From: Octopus vulgaris | Lineage: Eukaryota | Direction: 5' to 3' | Assembly: GCA_951406725.2 (NCBI GenBank) | Contig: OX597835.1 | Location: 42,036,001 to 42,100,000 of the forward strand | DNA: 64,000 nucleotides | In this document: in pieces, positions 24,036-38,100 of the stretch | How positions within the stretch are numbered: position 1 is the first letter of the stretch | Layout of the letters: the number at the start of each line of letters is the position of its first letter | Notes under the pieces: generated by a model | Database searches by the model: none | What the model saw: only the letters and a program-made list of their open reading frames with translations | Told to the model about the DNA's origin: nothing | Program-made: the position numbers and the translations under genes

Positions 24036-24886
24036 ACAGTCCGAGTACATAGTACTCAAGCTAAAGAGAGATATTGATACTTGTAAGCTTCCCTTGTTCC
24101 GCGTTCCTATTCAGAATTGCAAATGGATCTTTTCGGTTTGAACGGCAGTTTTTTCTAGCGGTGTCATATGAAATTGTCACCCATAATTATGACCCTAGTA
24201 TCGATCTATTGCATTTCAATCTGTTTTAGGGTTAGGGTTAGTTAGAGGTGGGGAGAAGGGTATCTTTTTTCTTTACAAATGTAAATAAACCCAATCTGTT
24301 TCTTAAACGAGGGACATTTTCATACGGCACAGAATGTTTTTCACCTCAATAGACGTCAATGATTAGTTGAAATTGCAGAAATTGAAGAAGAAAACCCAAC
24401 AAATATCTTACAAACTATAGAATTTTCTCAATAAAGCCAAGAGAAAAAGATGTTTTATAAACACATTCTACCAGTATACGAAGTTTTAAAGTGTTTAGTT
24501 ACGTGGAAATTATTTTAAAAAACTGCCGTTCAAACGGAAAAGATCCCTGCAAGTATTCCGTAGAGTATGTTAATGATAACCAAAATGTGAGTGGATATTT
24601 ATTCACATCAAAAACTTGTTTAATCAAAAGAGTTTTCTATATCATACGTAACAACGAGCAACATATGTTTCTACTGCAGCAACTGCACATTGCTCTCTAT
24701 GCAATTATGCATCCTAGTGGCGGCAGTTTCATCCAGGGTCCCCTGGGCTATCAAATTCTATACTCTTCGGAATATTTGCAGTTCTAAATAGGAACACGGA
24801 ACTATCCAAGTGAAGATTATGAGTATCAGTATCTCTTTTAAGCTTGAGTATCATGTAATTGGACAGTTGTGGATAGCCGGCATCTG
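24036..24886. mobile_element. Old MITE with ~110-bp TIRs (Tc1/pogo-like ends) hosting a nested MITE
   Basis: 24040-24124 plus 24547-24559 is the reverse complement of ~24769-24885 (ACTCAAGCT...GAGATA(T/C)TGATACT...GTTCCTATT). Confidence 0.6.
24125..24546 (+). mobile_element. MITE family C with ~30-bp TIRs and internal TTAGGG-like repeats; copies at 37036-37545, 59920-60316, 63073-63378 and 63741-64000
   Basis: TIR GGATCTTTTCGGTTTGAACGGCAGTTTTT / AAAAACTGCCGTTCAAAC(G/C)GAAAAGATCC; probable 8-bp TSD TTGCAAAT/CTGCAAGT. Confidence 0.85.
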
Positions 24887-24906
24887 TCTGTCTGTCTATC
24901 TATCTA

Positions 24907-24937
<31 letters not shown>

Positions 24938-25091
24938 TGTCTGGCTATCAATCTATCTTGTCTGGCTATCAATCTATCAATCTATCTATCTGTCTTGGGC
25001 AAATGTCTTCTACTATAGCCTCGTGCCGACCAAAGTGGATCTGGTAGACGGAACTGAAAGAAGCTGTCGTATACACACACACACGCGCGCG

Positions 25092-25132
<41 letters not shown>

Positions 25133-25530
25133 GTGTGTGTGTCTTTGTGTTTGTGCCCCCACCATCGCTTGACAACCGATGTTGGTGTGTTTTACGCCCC
25201 CGCAACGTAAACTGTTCGGTTTAAGAGACCTATAGAATAAGTACTAGGCTTACTATGAGTAAGACCTGGGATCGATTTCTTCAACTAAAACCCTTTAAGG
25301 CTGTGCTCCAGCATGGCCATAGTCAAATGAGTGAAACATGTTTAAAAAAAATAAAAGAATAAAGAATATATAAAATAATATTATACACACACACACACAT
25401 GATGTTATTGATACTGACGATTATTACATTAGGTTAGTTTAAAACTTTCGGTTCGAAATTGACATATAAAAAATGGAGAAAATTCTCTCTTGATATTTTT
25501 TCATAGTACGAGTCGTTTCGGACTAAATAA

Positions 25531-25731
25531 ACTTGTTTCAGTCATTTGACTGCGGCCATGCTGGAGCACCGCCTTTAGTCGAGCAAATCGACCCCGGGAC
25601 TTATTCTTTTGTAAACCCAGTACTTATTCTATCGGTCTCTTTTGCCGAACCGCTAAGTGACGGGGACGTAAACACACCAGCATCGGTTGTCAAGCAATGC
25701 TAGGGGGACAAACACAGACACACAAACATAT

Positions 25732-25762
<31 letters not shown>

Positions 25763-25929
25763 CACATATACGACAGGCTTCTTTCAGTTTCCGTCTACCA
25801 AATCCACTCACAAGGCATTGGTCGGCCCGGGGACTATAGCAGAAGACACTTGCCCAAGGTGCCACGCAGTGGGACTGAACCCGGAACCATGTGGTTGGTT
25901 AGCAAGCTACTTACCACACAGCCACTCCT
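25531..25929 (-). mobile_element. SINE family A, full length
   Basis: Reverse complement of 44163-44572 with an internal (CA)/(TA) tract. Confidence 0.9.
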
Positions 25930-26384
25930 GTCCTGCACCTTGGTTTAATTAAATTATTAGTTATTACTATGCTACGGTATTATAATAGTACATTTTACTT
26001 TTCAAAAGAGAAAGTGTTTCGTACTCAGACCTTTCCAGTTGATATCAAGTTTTGTTCATTATGAAAGGTGTTTGAAGTGTAAAGGACATAGGGTATACAA
26101 TAGCTGAGTCTAGGGTGTGCCTGTGTCTGTGTGTGTGAAGGTTTGGGTGGGCGAAGGTGTGACAATTTCAAAGCATGACTACTCGTATAGTTGTGTTAAA
26201 GGTATTTTAAATGTGCATTCAGTCGTTCATTAACACACGTACACACACACACACACACACACACACAGAGATATATGCTCGCTCACTCACCCACTCGCTC
26301 TCTTTCTCACCATGTATGCGCATTCATTCTCACCTACATTTATACGTGCATACATGTGTCAGTAGGTGTGTGTGTGTGTGTGTA

Positions 26385-26517
26385 TTAATAGTCGGCAGAA
26401 AATGACTGACGCAAGAGCCGAAAGTTTTGTTGTTCATGGTCACATAATATAGTGATAAGCGCCAATGCACGAAATTCTTGGAACTTCAGTCACTCTCTCA
26501 TTTCTGCCGATTATTAG
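26385..26517. mobile_element. Small MITE (~133 bp)
   Basis: TAATAGTCGGCAGAAAATGA ... TCATTTCTGCCGATTATTA inverted termini. Confidence 0.55.
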
Positions 26518-26814
26518 TAAATATATATAACCACACACGTTCCGAGTTCAAATTCCGCCGAGGTCGACTTTGCCTTTCATTCCTTTCGGGGTGGATAAAT
26601 TAAGTACCAGTTACGTACTGGGGTCGATGTAATCGACTTAATCCCTTTCTCTGTCCTTGTTTGTCCCCTCTATGTTTAACCCCTTGTGGGTAGTTAAGAA
26701 ATATATATAACCACACACACACACACACGCATACACACATCGATGTGTTCGATTGAAACTCTTCGAGACTATGGCCCAGTATGGCCGCAGTCAAATGACC
26801 GAAACAATTGAAAA

Positions 26815-26880
<66 letters not shown>

Positions 26881-27451
26881 GACAGACAGACAGAGGTTGT
26901 TTTATATTTGAATTTAAAATTTTAACCGCTTAAAACAATCTTGTTGAGAAAGTATGTAGAGTCCGTTCCTCATTTGTAACAGTAATTGTACTTAGAATAT
27001 ATTGTTTAATTAAAATCATGTACAATTAATAAAACACAGCAGTCGAAGGGAAGATCGTTAGTCATAATAATAATTAAATAATTATGATGATGGAAAAACT
27101 TCATTAATTTTTGCTGAATAATTTCTGCATCAACGGTGGCCGTCTGTCTGCCGGGACAAATGGCATATTTTCTCATTTTATTGGTTTGTATAAGGTGTGT
27201 GTGTGTGTGTGTGTGGCTATTGTATCAGTAGTGTTGCTACGTCATGCAATTGCCTAACCTTGTGTCTACACACTATTCCGTTTCTGAGTTCTGAGTTCAA
27301 ATTTCGCCGGGGTCGACTTTGGCTTTCATCCTTTCGGGGTCCATAAAAGAAGTGCCAGTTGAACACTGGGGTTGGTGTAATCGGCTTACCCTTCCCCAGA
27401 AATTGCTGGCCTTGTGCTAAAAATTTTGAAACCATTTTTATTATTATTTCA

Positions 27452-27690
27452 ACGCGGTGAGCTGGCAGAATCGTTAGCACGCCGGGAGAAATGCGTAGCC
27501 GTATTTCGCCTGCCGTTACGTTCTGAGTTCAAATTCCGCCGAGGTCGACTTTGCCTTTCATCCTTTCGGGGTCGATTAAATAAGTACCAGTTACGCACTG
27601 GGGTCGATATAATCAACTTTATTTGTTTGTCTATCCTTGTTTGTCCCCTCTGTGTTTAGCCCCTTGTGGGTAGTAAAGAAATGGGTATTT
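27452..27690 (+). mobile_element. SINE family B, full length, within a cluster (27280-27775)
   Basis: Matches the family B consensus. Confidence 0.9.
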
Positions 27691-28943
27691 CGTTCGTCTA
27701 TACATTCTGAGTTGAAGCTCCGCCAGTGTCGACTTTGTTTTTCATCCTTTCGAGGTCGATGAAATAAGTACCAGAGAAAGACCCCCCCCCCACATTTTCT
27801 CCCAAATTTGTTTATTTTTGTAATTTTTTTTGCCAAAAATTCCCGTTTTCGGATACGGAGGTTCCAAAAAATTGCCAAACATCAGCAATGTGAAATTTCC
27901 TTCCCTTTCCCCCCAACTTCTTCAATTTTGATTTTTTTTCCCCAACACTAACCCTAAAACCCCTATCCTAACCTTGAAACCCTAATCCTATCTCTAAAAC
28001 CCTAACCTAACCCTAAAACTGTAACCGTAAGTACGGAAATGTTTTGAAATTTTTGTCCGAATAATGATGTCCATATTTTTCCGCATATTTAGAAAAAAAA
28101 AATTCTTTAAAAAAAACTTTTCAAAAATCTTTGTAAAATTTTTAATACTTGAATATTATTAAGAATTGTTTTCAAAAAATAAATTGTTAAAATATTTTGT
28201 GTATTGTAGAAATATAACCAGTTTAATGCACATAAATATTAACAACAAATTCTTATGTCGACCTCTAAAGGGCCATATGGATCCCTGTTGTATGAACCAC
28301 TGCTGTAGACATTCCTTTATATGTCAGACGGCGAGAGATGTCAGACTGTCTCCCCGCCTACCGCAGCAAGTGGTAGGTGTTAAGTGTTGCCTATCGAACT
28401 CTTCACCTCCAGCTCTGAAATCATAAACGGCTAAATATATTCACCAAGATTTATCCATTTTTCTCTGAAATAATTACTATTCTCCCCTCTTTCCCTTATC
28501 ATCCCCTTTTCTCCCTTTTTACCTCTCCCTCATCGCTCCTCCATCTCCTTCCTTTTCTCTTCCCTTTCTCCCCTGTTTCACTCAGGTCTTATCAGATTTA
28601 CAATAGAATGGGCTCCAACTTGGCAGCAAGTAAATAAGAAATTCCATAAATATCGATATGCTTCAGCTGTACAAGACAACTTCATTCTTTCCATTCTAAC
28701 CAACATCCAACCAACCAACCAACCAACCAACCGATTAAACCAATTGAGTATGCAAAACAGGGCGCTGAATTCCTTCATGTGTTGCTACATAGATTAAATG
28801 CGACAATGAAAAATCACACGCTGGAGAAAGTTTTGTATTAAATAAATAATACATCAAGCTGGAGTGCTACGTTGTATCACAAATTATCCTCCAGAAATTT
28901 TAATGATTTGTGTCTTTTAAATAATTTAGTACTGCACTTTAGA

Positions 28944-29012
28944 CGCCCGCCATTTGTAATTCAGAAAAAGAAAAAAAAAAATGGCGTCGCTGACGTCGAC
29001 GTCGCCGCCATA
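28944..29012. promoter_or_regulatory. CpG-rich cluster of YY1-like motifs (possible core promoter)
   Basis: CGCCATTT (28948), AAAATGGCG (28978) and GCCGCCAT (29004) flank TGACGTCGACGTCG. Confidence 0.35.
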
Positions 29013-29279
29013 GTTTTTCTTACGCCTTTGCAACTTGGCTGAGTCGCTTCAGTTGCTGTTCAGAATTTCAGTTCAACAAGCAAAGGAATTCGGAAAATGC
29101 GATGCATGCGGTTTGTTATGTGTTGCATGCATTTCCGCGCGTGCGTGTGTTTTGTGTGTGCTGAGTGTTTGTGTCTGTGTATGTTGTGTTTGTGTCTGTG
29201 TGTTGTTGTGCCTGTGCTGTCTATGTGTGTGTTGTGTTTGTGTGCGTGTGTGTGTATTACACATACTTATATACGCGTA

Positions 29280-29574
29280 TACAATAATAATAATGATAGT
29301 AATAATGATAATAATAATAATGATAATAATAATAATAATAATGATAATAATAATAATAATAATAATGATAATAATAATAATAATAATAATAATGATAATA
29401 ATAATAATAATAATAATAATAATATTAATAATAATAAACACTTGCAATGTGTGTATATGTGCGTGTGTGTGTGTGTGTGTTGCACGTATGTGCCTGTATG
29501 CCTATGTATATAATTTATGTATGTGTATATTTATGCAATCCATGTTGCATATAAACATATGTAGTATATGTATG

Positions 29575-29608
<34 letters not shown>

Positions 29609-29870
29609 TATTATCTATCTTTTCTTGCTTCTTGTTTATATATATATGTGTGTGTATGTATGTATATATATATATGTATATATATATGTGTGTGTGTGTG
29701 TGTATGTGTGTGTGTATGTATATGTATGTGTGTGTATGTGTGTATATATATATATATATGTGTGTGTGTGTATATATGTGTGTGTGTGTGTGTATATATG
29801 TGTGTGTGTGTGTGTATATATATGTGTGTGTGTGTATATATATATGTGTGTGTGTGTGTGTATATATATA

Positions 29871-29901
<31 letters not shown>

Positions 29902-29930
29902 GTGTGTGTGTGTATATATATATATATATG
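29280..29930. repeat. (AAT/GAT)n followed by compound (TG)/(TA) microsatellite
   Basis: Direct inspection; explains the 298-aa spurious ORF. Confidence 0.95.
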
Positions 29931-30591
29931 AAAAAAAATCAGGAAAAGAAAGTTCTTTTATGTGGAGTTTACTTCTCTGCAACTCCACAAAAAAGGGAGA
30001 CCAAATCGTTAACGAACTGGAATGGCATTTATCGATTCCAGAGAATCTCCGTCTGGTCTCTTCAAAATCCTACCCAACAAGCCGTAAAACCGTTAACCTT
30101 TCCACATACGGATAGATTTACGTGACATTGATATTGATGTGGCTACTGCTCCTGCGTGATGCCGATAATAATAATAATGGCTGACCGAGCTTCGATTTCG
30201 CCTGTCACTGACTGGATGAAGAATTCTATGTAATGGAATTTCTTATCCAACTGATGCTTCACTGGAATTGTCAGAGTCACGATGTCATGTCACGGTGATA
30301 GAATTCCAGCGTGTCATTGTGTTACCGTTTCATTGTAGCACGATTTCGCCATAACTAAGAAAGGCATGGCTTCGGCAATAGTATCTTTTACTTGTTTCAA
30401 TCATTGGACTGCGACCATTCTGGGGTTTGAAGAGTCTTTTTTTTTTGTTTTTTTGATCGAACATATTAACCCCAGGACTTAATCTTTGTAAGCCTAATAC
30501 TTATTCTATCGGACTCTTTTGCCGAACCGCTAAGTTACAGGGATGTAAGCACAACACCAACGCCGGTTGTTAGGCAGTGATGAGGTGGAGA

Positions 30592-30654
<63 letters not shown>

Positions 30655-30965
30655 ACACACAACAGGATTCTTTCAGTTTCCGTCTACCAAATCAAGTTTG
30701 GTACTTATTCTATCGGTTATCTTTCCCTGAAACCGTTTGGTACGGGGAGATAAACAAACCAACTGCAGCTGTCAAGTGATGTGGGACAATAAAGACAAAT
30801 ACCAACCTTCTAAGTTCTTTTATAGGGCTTAGAAAAACTGATGGGCCACTGTAATAAGTGTGTAAATCTGAGAGGAGAATATGTTGAATAAAATCATAAT
30901 TAACTGATCCCCCTGTATTTTCTTTTACCCAGAGCTAGGAGCTTTTCAGAACCCCTCCCTCGTGC

Positions 30966-31000
<35 letters not shown>

Positions 31001-31040
31001 CCAATAAGAAAATGGAAGGGATCAATAGGTGCTTCATCAC

Positions 31041-31112
<72 letters not shown>

Positions 31113-31120
31113 TACATATA

Positions 31121-31900
31121 TAGGCGCAGGAGTAGCTGTGTGGTAAGTAGCTTGTTTACGAACCACATGGTTCCGGGTTCAGTCCCACTGCGTGGCACCT
31201 TAGGCAAGTGTCTTCTTACTATAGCCTCGGGCCGACCAAAGCCTTGTGAGTGGATTTGGTAGCCGGGCGATATGCTTAGTAGTATTTCACCTGCCGTTAC
31301 GTTCTGAGTTCAAATTCAGCTGAGGTCGACTTTGCTTTCATTCCTTTCGGGGTCGAGAAATTAAGTACTAGTTGAGTACTGGGGTCGTTGTAATCGACTT
31401 ACCCCCTCCGCCAAATCTGAGGCCTTGTGCCTATAGTAGAAGGGATTATGATGGGAAGGCGGTGAGCTTATCGGTATTTCCTCTGTCTTCATGTTCTGAG
31501 TTCAAATTTTGCCGAGGTTGACTTTCCCTTTCATCCTTTCGGAGTCGATGAAATAAGTACCAGTTTAATACTGGGGTTGATGTAATCGACTAGTCCCCTG
31601 CCCCCAAATTGCTGCCCTTGTGGCAAAATTTGAAACTATTATTATTATTTATTATTAAGGCGGCGAGGTGGCAGAGTCGTTACCACGCCGGTTGATATGA
31701 TTAACAGCATTTTATCTGTCCATAGGTACTGAGTTCAAATTCCGAAGGAGTCGACTTTGCCTTTCATCCTTTCGGGGTTGATAAATTAAGTACCAGTTGA
31801 GTACTGGGGTCGATGTAATCGACTTAACTCCTACCCCAACATTTCAAGCCTTGTGGTTTTAATAGAAACGATTATTATTATTATTATTATTATTATTATG
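31121..31900 (+). mobile_element. SINE A 5' half followed by three tandem SINE B copies with the alternative tail
   Basis: Three TTCATCCTTTCGG-like blocks; tails GGCCTTGTGCCTATAGTAGAA and TGCCCTTGTGGCAAAATTTGAAAC, ending in (ATT)n. Confidence 0.8.
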
Positions 31901-31917
31901 GGAGGGAGAGAGAGTTT

Positions 31918-31976
<59 letters not shown>

Positions 31977-32536
31977 TACTCTATTGAACATCAGTCACCC
32001 TTGTACTTGGAGTGCTTCGAAAATGTTTAGCAATTGTTCCAAGCTGTGACCTTGTTCATGAAGCGTAGTTATGGAATAACAATTATGCAATAATACCCAC
32101 TGAACCTGTAAAATCCAACGACTAGATATTTAGTTCCAGTATAAGCTGGCATATACACCTTCTCGGGCCATGGATCGAGGTGAATTTTTTGAGGCTAAAA
32201 ACGCCAATTTTTAACATTACTGGACATTTTTTTAGCAATGACCGGGGATCTCGAGAATAATTTCAGGTTTAAGAAATATGAATGTACTTTCACAGAAGAT
32301 CCGCAAATCGTGAATTTACTGTACTCTATGCAGTATTTACTCTGAATCGAAGAGTACAGCATGAAGGATCAAAACAAAAGACTGTATGCATACCAGTAAT
32401 TAAAATGTTACCTTGTAATTTTAGTGGTTACACCTGTGCTTTTTAAAAAATCAATAGGAATACCGATAAGAACATTTGTACCAAGTGATGACAGTTGTTT
32501 AATATTTGTGTCAATTAATTTTGTTTACGAGAGGTT

Positions 32537-32655
<119 letters not shown>

Positions 32656-33479
32656 GATGTGATTCATTTCGCATGGTTTTCAGCTATGCTGTGAGTTTTT
32701 TTTTAAATTTTAAATACTGCATTTTAAAGCCCAAAAAACGGTTAAACAAAACATACATTAAATGTATGTGATCGATAATGTTTATGTTTTTAGAGCCGTT
32801 TCCAAGTCAGAATTTAATTCAAAAGCGTATTGCTGATGTCTGCGATTTTTTGAACGGTGCCATACTCATCGCTCCATTTAATTAATTATTGATTTTCTTA
32901 AATAGGGTGGAGCACCGAGTGACTTTCTTTGTAAAAATATATCTTAAAACATTCTCGCGATCAATTCATGCATGACAAGGCAAACGAGCCGTGGTTAACT
33001 TCTGTAAGGTTAAAAATCTAGGATAAAATTTTTGGCTTATATTACGGCATATACAGTATATTGATGACTGATTGAAATAAAAACCTCCATCGAGTTGACC
33101 TGATCAGTCCTGTTGTAAGATGCATAGACTTAGCTTATGTAAGAGGCACCGATTTAGATTAAGATCCTTGGCTCCAGTTTATGTACGACGCATAAATTTA
33201 GTTTGTTTAAGACCCATAGATTTAGCTTATATAAGACGCATCGATTTTATCCAGTCATTGGATTACGGTCATGAGGCACAGCGCTGAGGTGTTTTTATCT
33301 GACGAATCGACTGCCAGTCCTTATTTTTATTTAGAGTCTGGAGACACTTGTCGAAGGTGCTGACCAGTGAGACTGAACTGGAAACTACGTGGTTGCAAAG
33401 CGAACTTCTTAGCTGCACAGTTTTGCCTGCGCCTATGAGGAGATTTGACTGCTACTTCTAGCATATTAAGTGGCTGCCT

Positions 33480-34270
33480 CATTGGCTTTAACCTCCACTG
33501 TTAGTATTCGTGAAAGCAGTCTCTTAATGGAGGAAGATGTTGCAAGTGAGAGGTGTCAGCTGATTTCATTGGACCAATCAGAAATGCTTTCGATCAGTCT
33601 GATCAATTTTCAGGGTGTCGCCTATTTGCCGGAAGTGCAAAATTTTCGGGGGACTGGGTTGATGCCCTGCCTGCAGCCAACGTTGGTGGTCTACTCAGTC
33701 TGGATGAGAACCATATCTCCATTGCCGATGTCTGTGGGGGACTGACTGAGATGTCTCTGTGATGGGCCCTTCCACCCAACAGGCCTTCATGGTTTGTCTT
33801 GACGTTTCGCTCGTCACACTGAACTAAATCTGATCATTAAGCAGGCCCTGGCTTGGGTAAATACCTCCTCAGTTCTTGAGCTGGCGGGATTTTTATCGAG
33901 AAGTGATGGGAAGAGACTAGATGGTCTTACCTTTTGTCCCAGGGTAAGAGATATGTGCCTCATCTGAGACGTCACAGTATGTAACTCCTTTGCTCCCTCC
34001 CACATCCTGTATTCTGCAGTAAATGGGAAGGTCACTGCTTCCGTAACTGAACGGAACAAAATCCTTAATTATCGGAACTTGTCAATGAACCATCTTCTCT
34101 CCCAGTCTGTGGCGTTTGAAACATTTGGATGTGATGGACCGCTGACAGCAAAGTTCTTGTCGCTTTATCGAGGTGTCAGGTGATGCCTCTGAGGGTGTTT
34201 GGCTGTTCCATTGTCTTAGTCTCACCATCGCCCGCGGGAATGTCGCGAGCACTTTCGTTGATTCTAAGAT
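33480..34270 (+). pseudogene. C-terminal remnant of a CRE-like non-LTR retrotransposon (zinc knuckle and restriction-like endonuclease)
   Basis: Manual translation SGDWVDALP...GLHGLS..RFARHTELNLIIKQAL...LELAGFLSRSDGKRLDGLT..CLI*DVTV...ERNKILNY..VAFETFG..LSLTIARGN matches the RH..LN..DGKRPDG..WD.T..K..KY..ET.G..QRGN motifs. Confidence 0.8.
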
Positions 34271-34706
34271 AGACCGATTGATGCGATTAGTATTAAATTG
34301 CTTTTTTCTTTTTTTACCTTTTTTCTTTCTTCGCTCCTGATTATATTTTCTATTGTTTTGGATTAATATTTTAATGTAAAATATTTACGTGATTCAGTCT
34401 GCTGTCACCGGAAAATACAATCTTTAGTTTAAATTGTTAAATAGTTCACATATTGACTTGTATTTTTTTAACAAAATATTTTAGCATTTTTGTTTTTTTA
34501 TGATTCTTCGTTTCAGACTTTTTGACCTGAAAATAGTATTTGTTCTACTGGCAACAGATTGTCGATAAAATCTCTCTCTCTCTGTCACGCTTACACACAT
34601 ATGTATATGTGTGTGTGTATATGTGTTTGTGTGTGCATGCATGTGTGCATAAATCTACTTATATATGCTTATATATACACGCATATGCATATATGTGTCT
34701 GTATGC

Positions 34707-34763
<57 letters not shown>

Positions 34764-34914
34764 AAGAGTATGCAAATGTTCTTTTAAAAAAACTTCTTTT
34801 AATTTTTCCAGAATTTAATTGTTTTCCATACTTAAAGTTGAAAGAGTCTCAATGACTGAAACCGGTACTGAAATGTTTTTTATAAAATTATTTTAGCATT
34901 TTCTATTTTGACTT

Positions 34915-34944
<30 letters not shown>

Positions 34945-34945
<1 letters not shown>

Positions 34946-35158
34946 AGAGGGAGAATTCACAAAAAAAACCCCAAAAAAACAAAACGAAGACAGGTGGTGT
35001 AGACAAAAAATAGATGTATCAGTATAACGCTCGGGAAGTGAAAAAGTCTTTAACGTTTCGAGCCTACGCTCTTCCACAGAAAGGAACATAAAGAAAAAAG
35101 GAGAGAAAATAAAGACTGTGTAGTGGCTAGCGATCTATCATGGCGACTGCCGGACAGA
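34945..35158 (-). mobile_element. PLE-type terminal fragment with a hammerhead-like motif (CTGTGGA core) abutting (TA)n; relatives at 50660-50840 and 51745-51900
   Basis: Minus strand CTTT-CTGTGGA-A-GAGC-GTAG-GCTC-GAAA-CG-TT-AAAG at 35048-35083. Confidence 0.55.
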
Positions 35159-38100
35159 ACGATCATACAGGATGTGTGCGCGCGCGTACAAAAATGCGTA
35201 TGTATGTGCATATTTGTGCCTATACACACACATATACACGTATATATGCAACTAGTAGGGTTCCTTCTAAAACCTACATATCTGTAGGTCTCTACATATA
35301 TGTGCAAATGAATGGCGATGCCTAATTGACAGAAGCCCTCAAGACACATTCATATGTGAAGAAAGGACATGATGGTCGTAACTGGAATATCTTTTATCAT
35401 AGGTCTGCTGGGTCAGTATTGATAAAAGATATTCCAGCGACGACCATTTGACATAGAGCTAAAGAACCACAACGGGAACAGTACAACTGATTATCCAAAA
35501 AGCTTACATGTGGTTTACTCGACATGCTGCAAATAATAACCAAATTCCTTTTCAAATCACATCTTGTCTTTAAAGAGAAAGCACATATTTTATATGTCTG
35601 ATAAAAAAAGAAGAAAAACTACAACAAAAAGAACAAAAACAAAATTAAGGGTTGGTCACAGGTGGAACGTCACTAAATGTCTACGTAATCATACAAGGCC
35701 TGCTGACCTTGACCTAAGGCTATAAACAACCAACAGCAAACAATTTTGACATTTATTTTCATATCAGGAAAGTAATCTTTGTGTTGCAGTATATTCCTGG
35801 TATCGACATTATGTTTAACATTGAAAGAAGTCAGGTTTCGAAACTGGAAACGTGATATACCATCAAAACCACTGCCCAGACATCTTCGTCTGCACCACAC
35901 TTGCCGCCTTTTTTCCTCCCGCATACAATATGGCTACTGTCCCTCGTAATTCTGTCTCGCTGTTCCTTTATTGCTGACATAAACAGCACCTTTATATAGT
36001 CTCCCTCTTTCTCTTTTACTCACATAATCTCTCTTTCGAACTCACCCCCCCACCACCACCACAATCTCACTATCTTTCTTTTTCTCATCATCTTTCTTAT
36101 CACTTCTCTGCATCACATACATATATGATCTCTTTCTCGCTCTCTCTCTCTTTCCCACACACATACACAGTCTATCTTCTTCAATGCTTCTCCTTCCCCC
36201 CCTTCTCTGTTATCACCATTCTCTTTCTTATCACTCATCCGCATCACACGCAGACATACTCACACAAACACACTTATTCTCTCTTCCCCTCTCTCACTTA
36301 TTACTTCTCCCCCTTCCCCTCACACTGATTGTATCTACTCTCCCCCTTCTTTCTCACAAACACTCCTTTCTTTCCTCTCCTTCCCTCTCTGACACTTATT
36401 CTTTCTTCTCTTTCCCTCCGTCTTTCACCCGTGTTTGCTCTCCCTCTATCCCTCTCACACTCACAGCTTCTCTCTCTCTCCCCTTTCTCTATTCTTCTCC
36501 CTTCCCTTCCCACCTGTTCTTTAGTTGCTGAACTTCTTCACACTTTGTCCCTCTTTCCCCCTCCCATATTACATACCTTGTTTTCACCACTACCCTCCTC
36601 CTCCTCCTCCAAGACCACCAACATCTCCGCCTCCTCCCCCACCTAAATTATAACATCCTCCAATATTTATTACATTGAAATGTCATTGTTGTTCAAACAT
36701 GCAATAAAGACATTCGCACTGAAAGTTGCATATAATTATCATTATATTATCATATATTAAAATACATTACGGTTCTCACAACAAAACTGTCGCCACAGCC
36801 CCCTTTCCTCCTCCACCACCATCACCATTCGTTGTGTTTGAAACACAACTCTATTTAGACAGACGTTAACAATCGAACGCAGATCTAACCTTACCCTTTC
36901 CTGTTTTAAATACTAATAAAATAATCACAATAGACCGCCGTCCCCTCGCAGGTTTGGCTGTGGTAAGAGGTTTGCTTCCCAACCTCATGCCATCAAGTTC
37001 AGTCCCACCCCATGTCACTTTGGGCAAGTGTCTTCGGATCTTTTCGGTTTGAACGGCAGTTTTTTAGAATAATTTCCACGTAACTGAACACTTTTAAACT
37101 TCATATACTGGTAGAATGTTTGTAAAAAAATCTTTTTCTCTTGGCTTTATTGAGAAAATTCTATAGTTTGTAAGATATTTGTTGTTTTTTTTCTTCAATT
37201 TCTGCAATTTCAACCAATCACTGACGTCCGTTGAGGTAAAAGAACATTCTGTGCCGTATGAATATGTCCCTCGTTTAAGAAACAGATTGGGTTTATTTAC
37301 ATTTGTGAAGAAAAAAAGATACCCTTCCCCCCACCCCTAACCCTAACTAACCCTAAATCTAAAACAGATTGAAATGCAATTGATCGATGCTAGGGTCATA
37401 ATTATGGGTGGCAATTTCATATGACACCGCTAGAGAAAATGGCAGTTTTTTCTAGCGGTGTCATATGATATTGTCACCCATAATTATGACCCTAGTATCG
37501 ATCTATTGCATTTCAATCTATTTTAGATTTAGGGTTAGTTAGGAGTAGTTAGCTCAATAATAATAATCCTTTCCACTAAAGGCACAAGGCCAAAATTTGG
37601 GGGTGGGGGCTAGTCGATTACACTGACCCCCCCCCAGTGATCGACTGATACTTATTTTGTCGACCCCCGAGAGGATGAAAGGCAAAGTCGACCTCGGCGG
37701 AATTTGAACTCTGGACAAACGAAATGCCGCTAACGATTCTTCTAGATACTATACTAGTCTAAGGCGGCGAATCCAGGTAAAAAAAAAGTCACAGGCGTTT
37801 TGTCGGGTGGCCGGCGGGTATGGTTAGGGTATTCGGCTCACGTTCGTATGATTGTGAGTTCAATTCCCGGCGACGCGTTCTGTCCTTGAGAATGACAATT
37901 TATTTCACGTTGCTCCAATTCACTCAGCTGGCAAAAGTGAGTTGTACCTGTATTTCAAAGGGACAGCCTTGTCACATTTTGTGCCATGCTGGACCTCCTC
38001 GAGAACTATGTTAAGGATACGCATGTCTGTGGAGTGCTCAGCTACTTGCACGTTAATTTCAGGACCGGGCTGTTCCGTTGATCGGATCAACTGGAAGCCT

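Noticed and set aside
27948-28030. True telomere or chromosome-fusion scar
   Set aside because: Short, degenerate CCCTAA units; similar motifs are carried inside MITEs in this window
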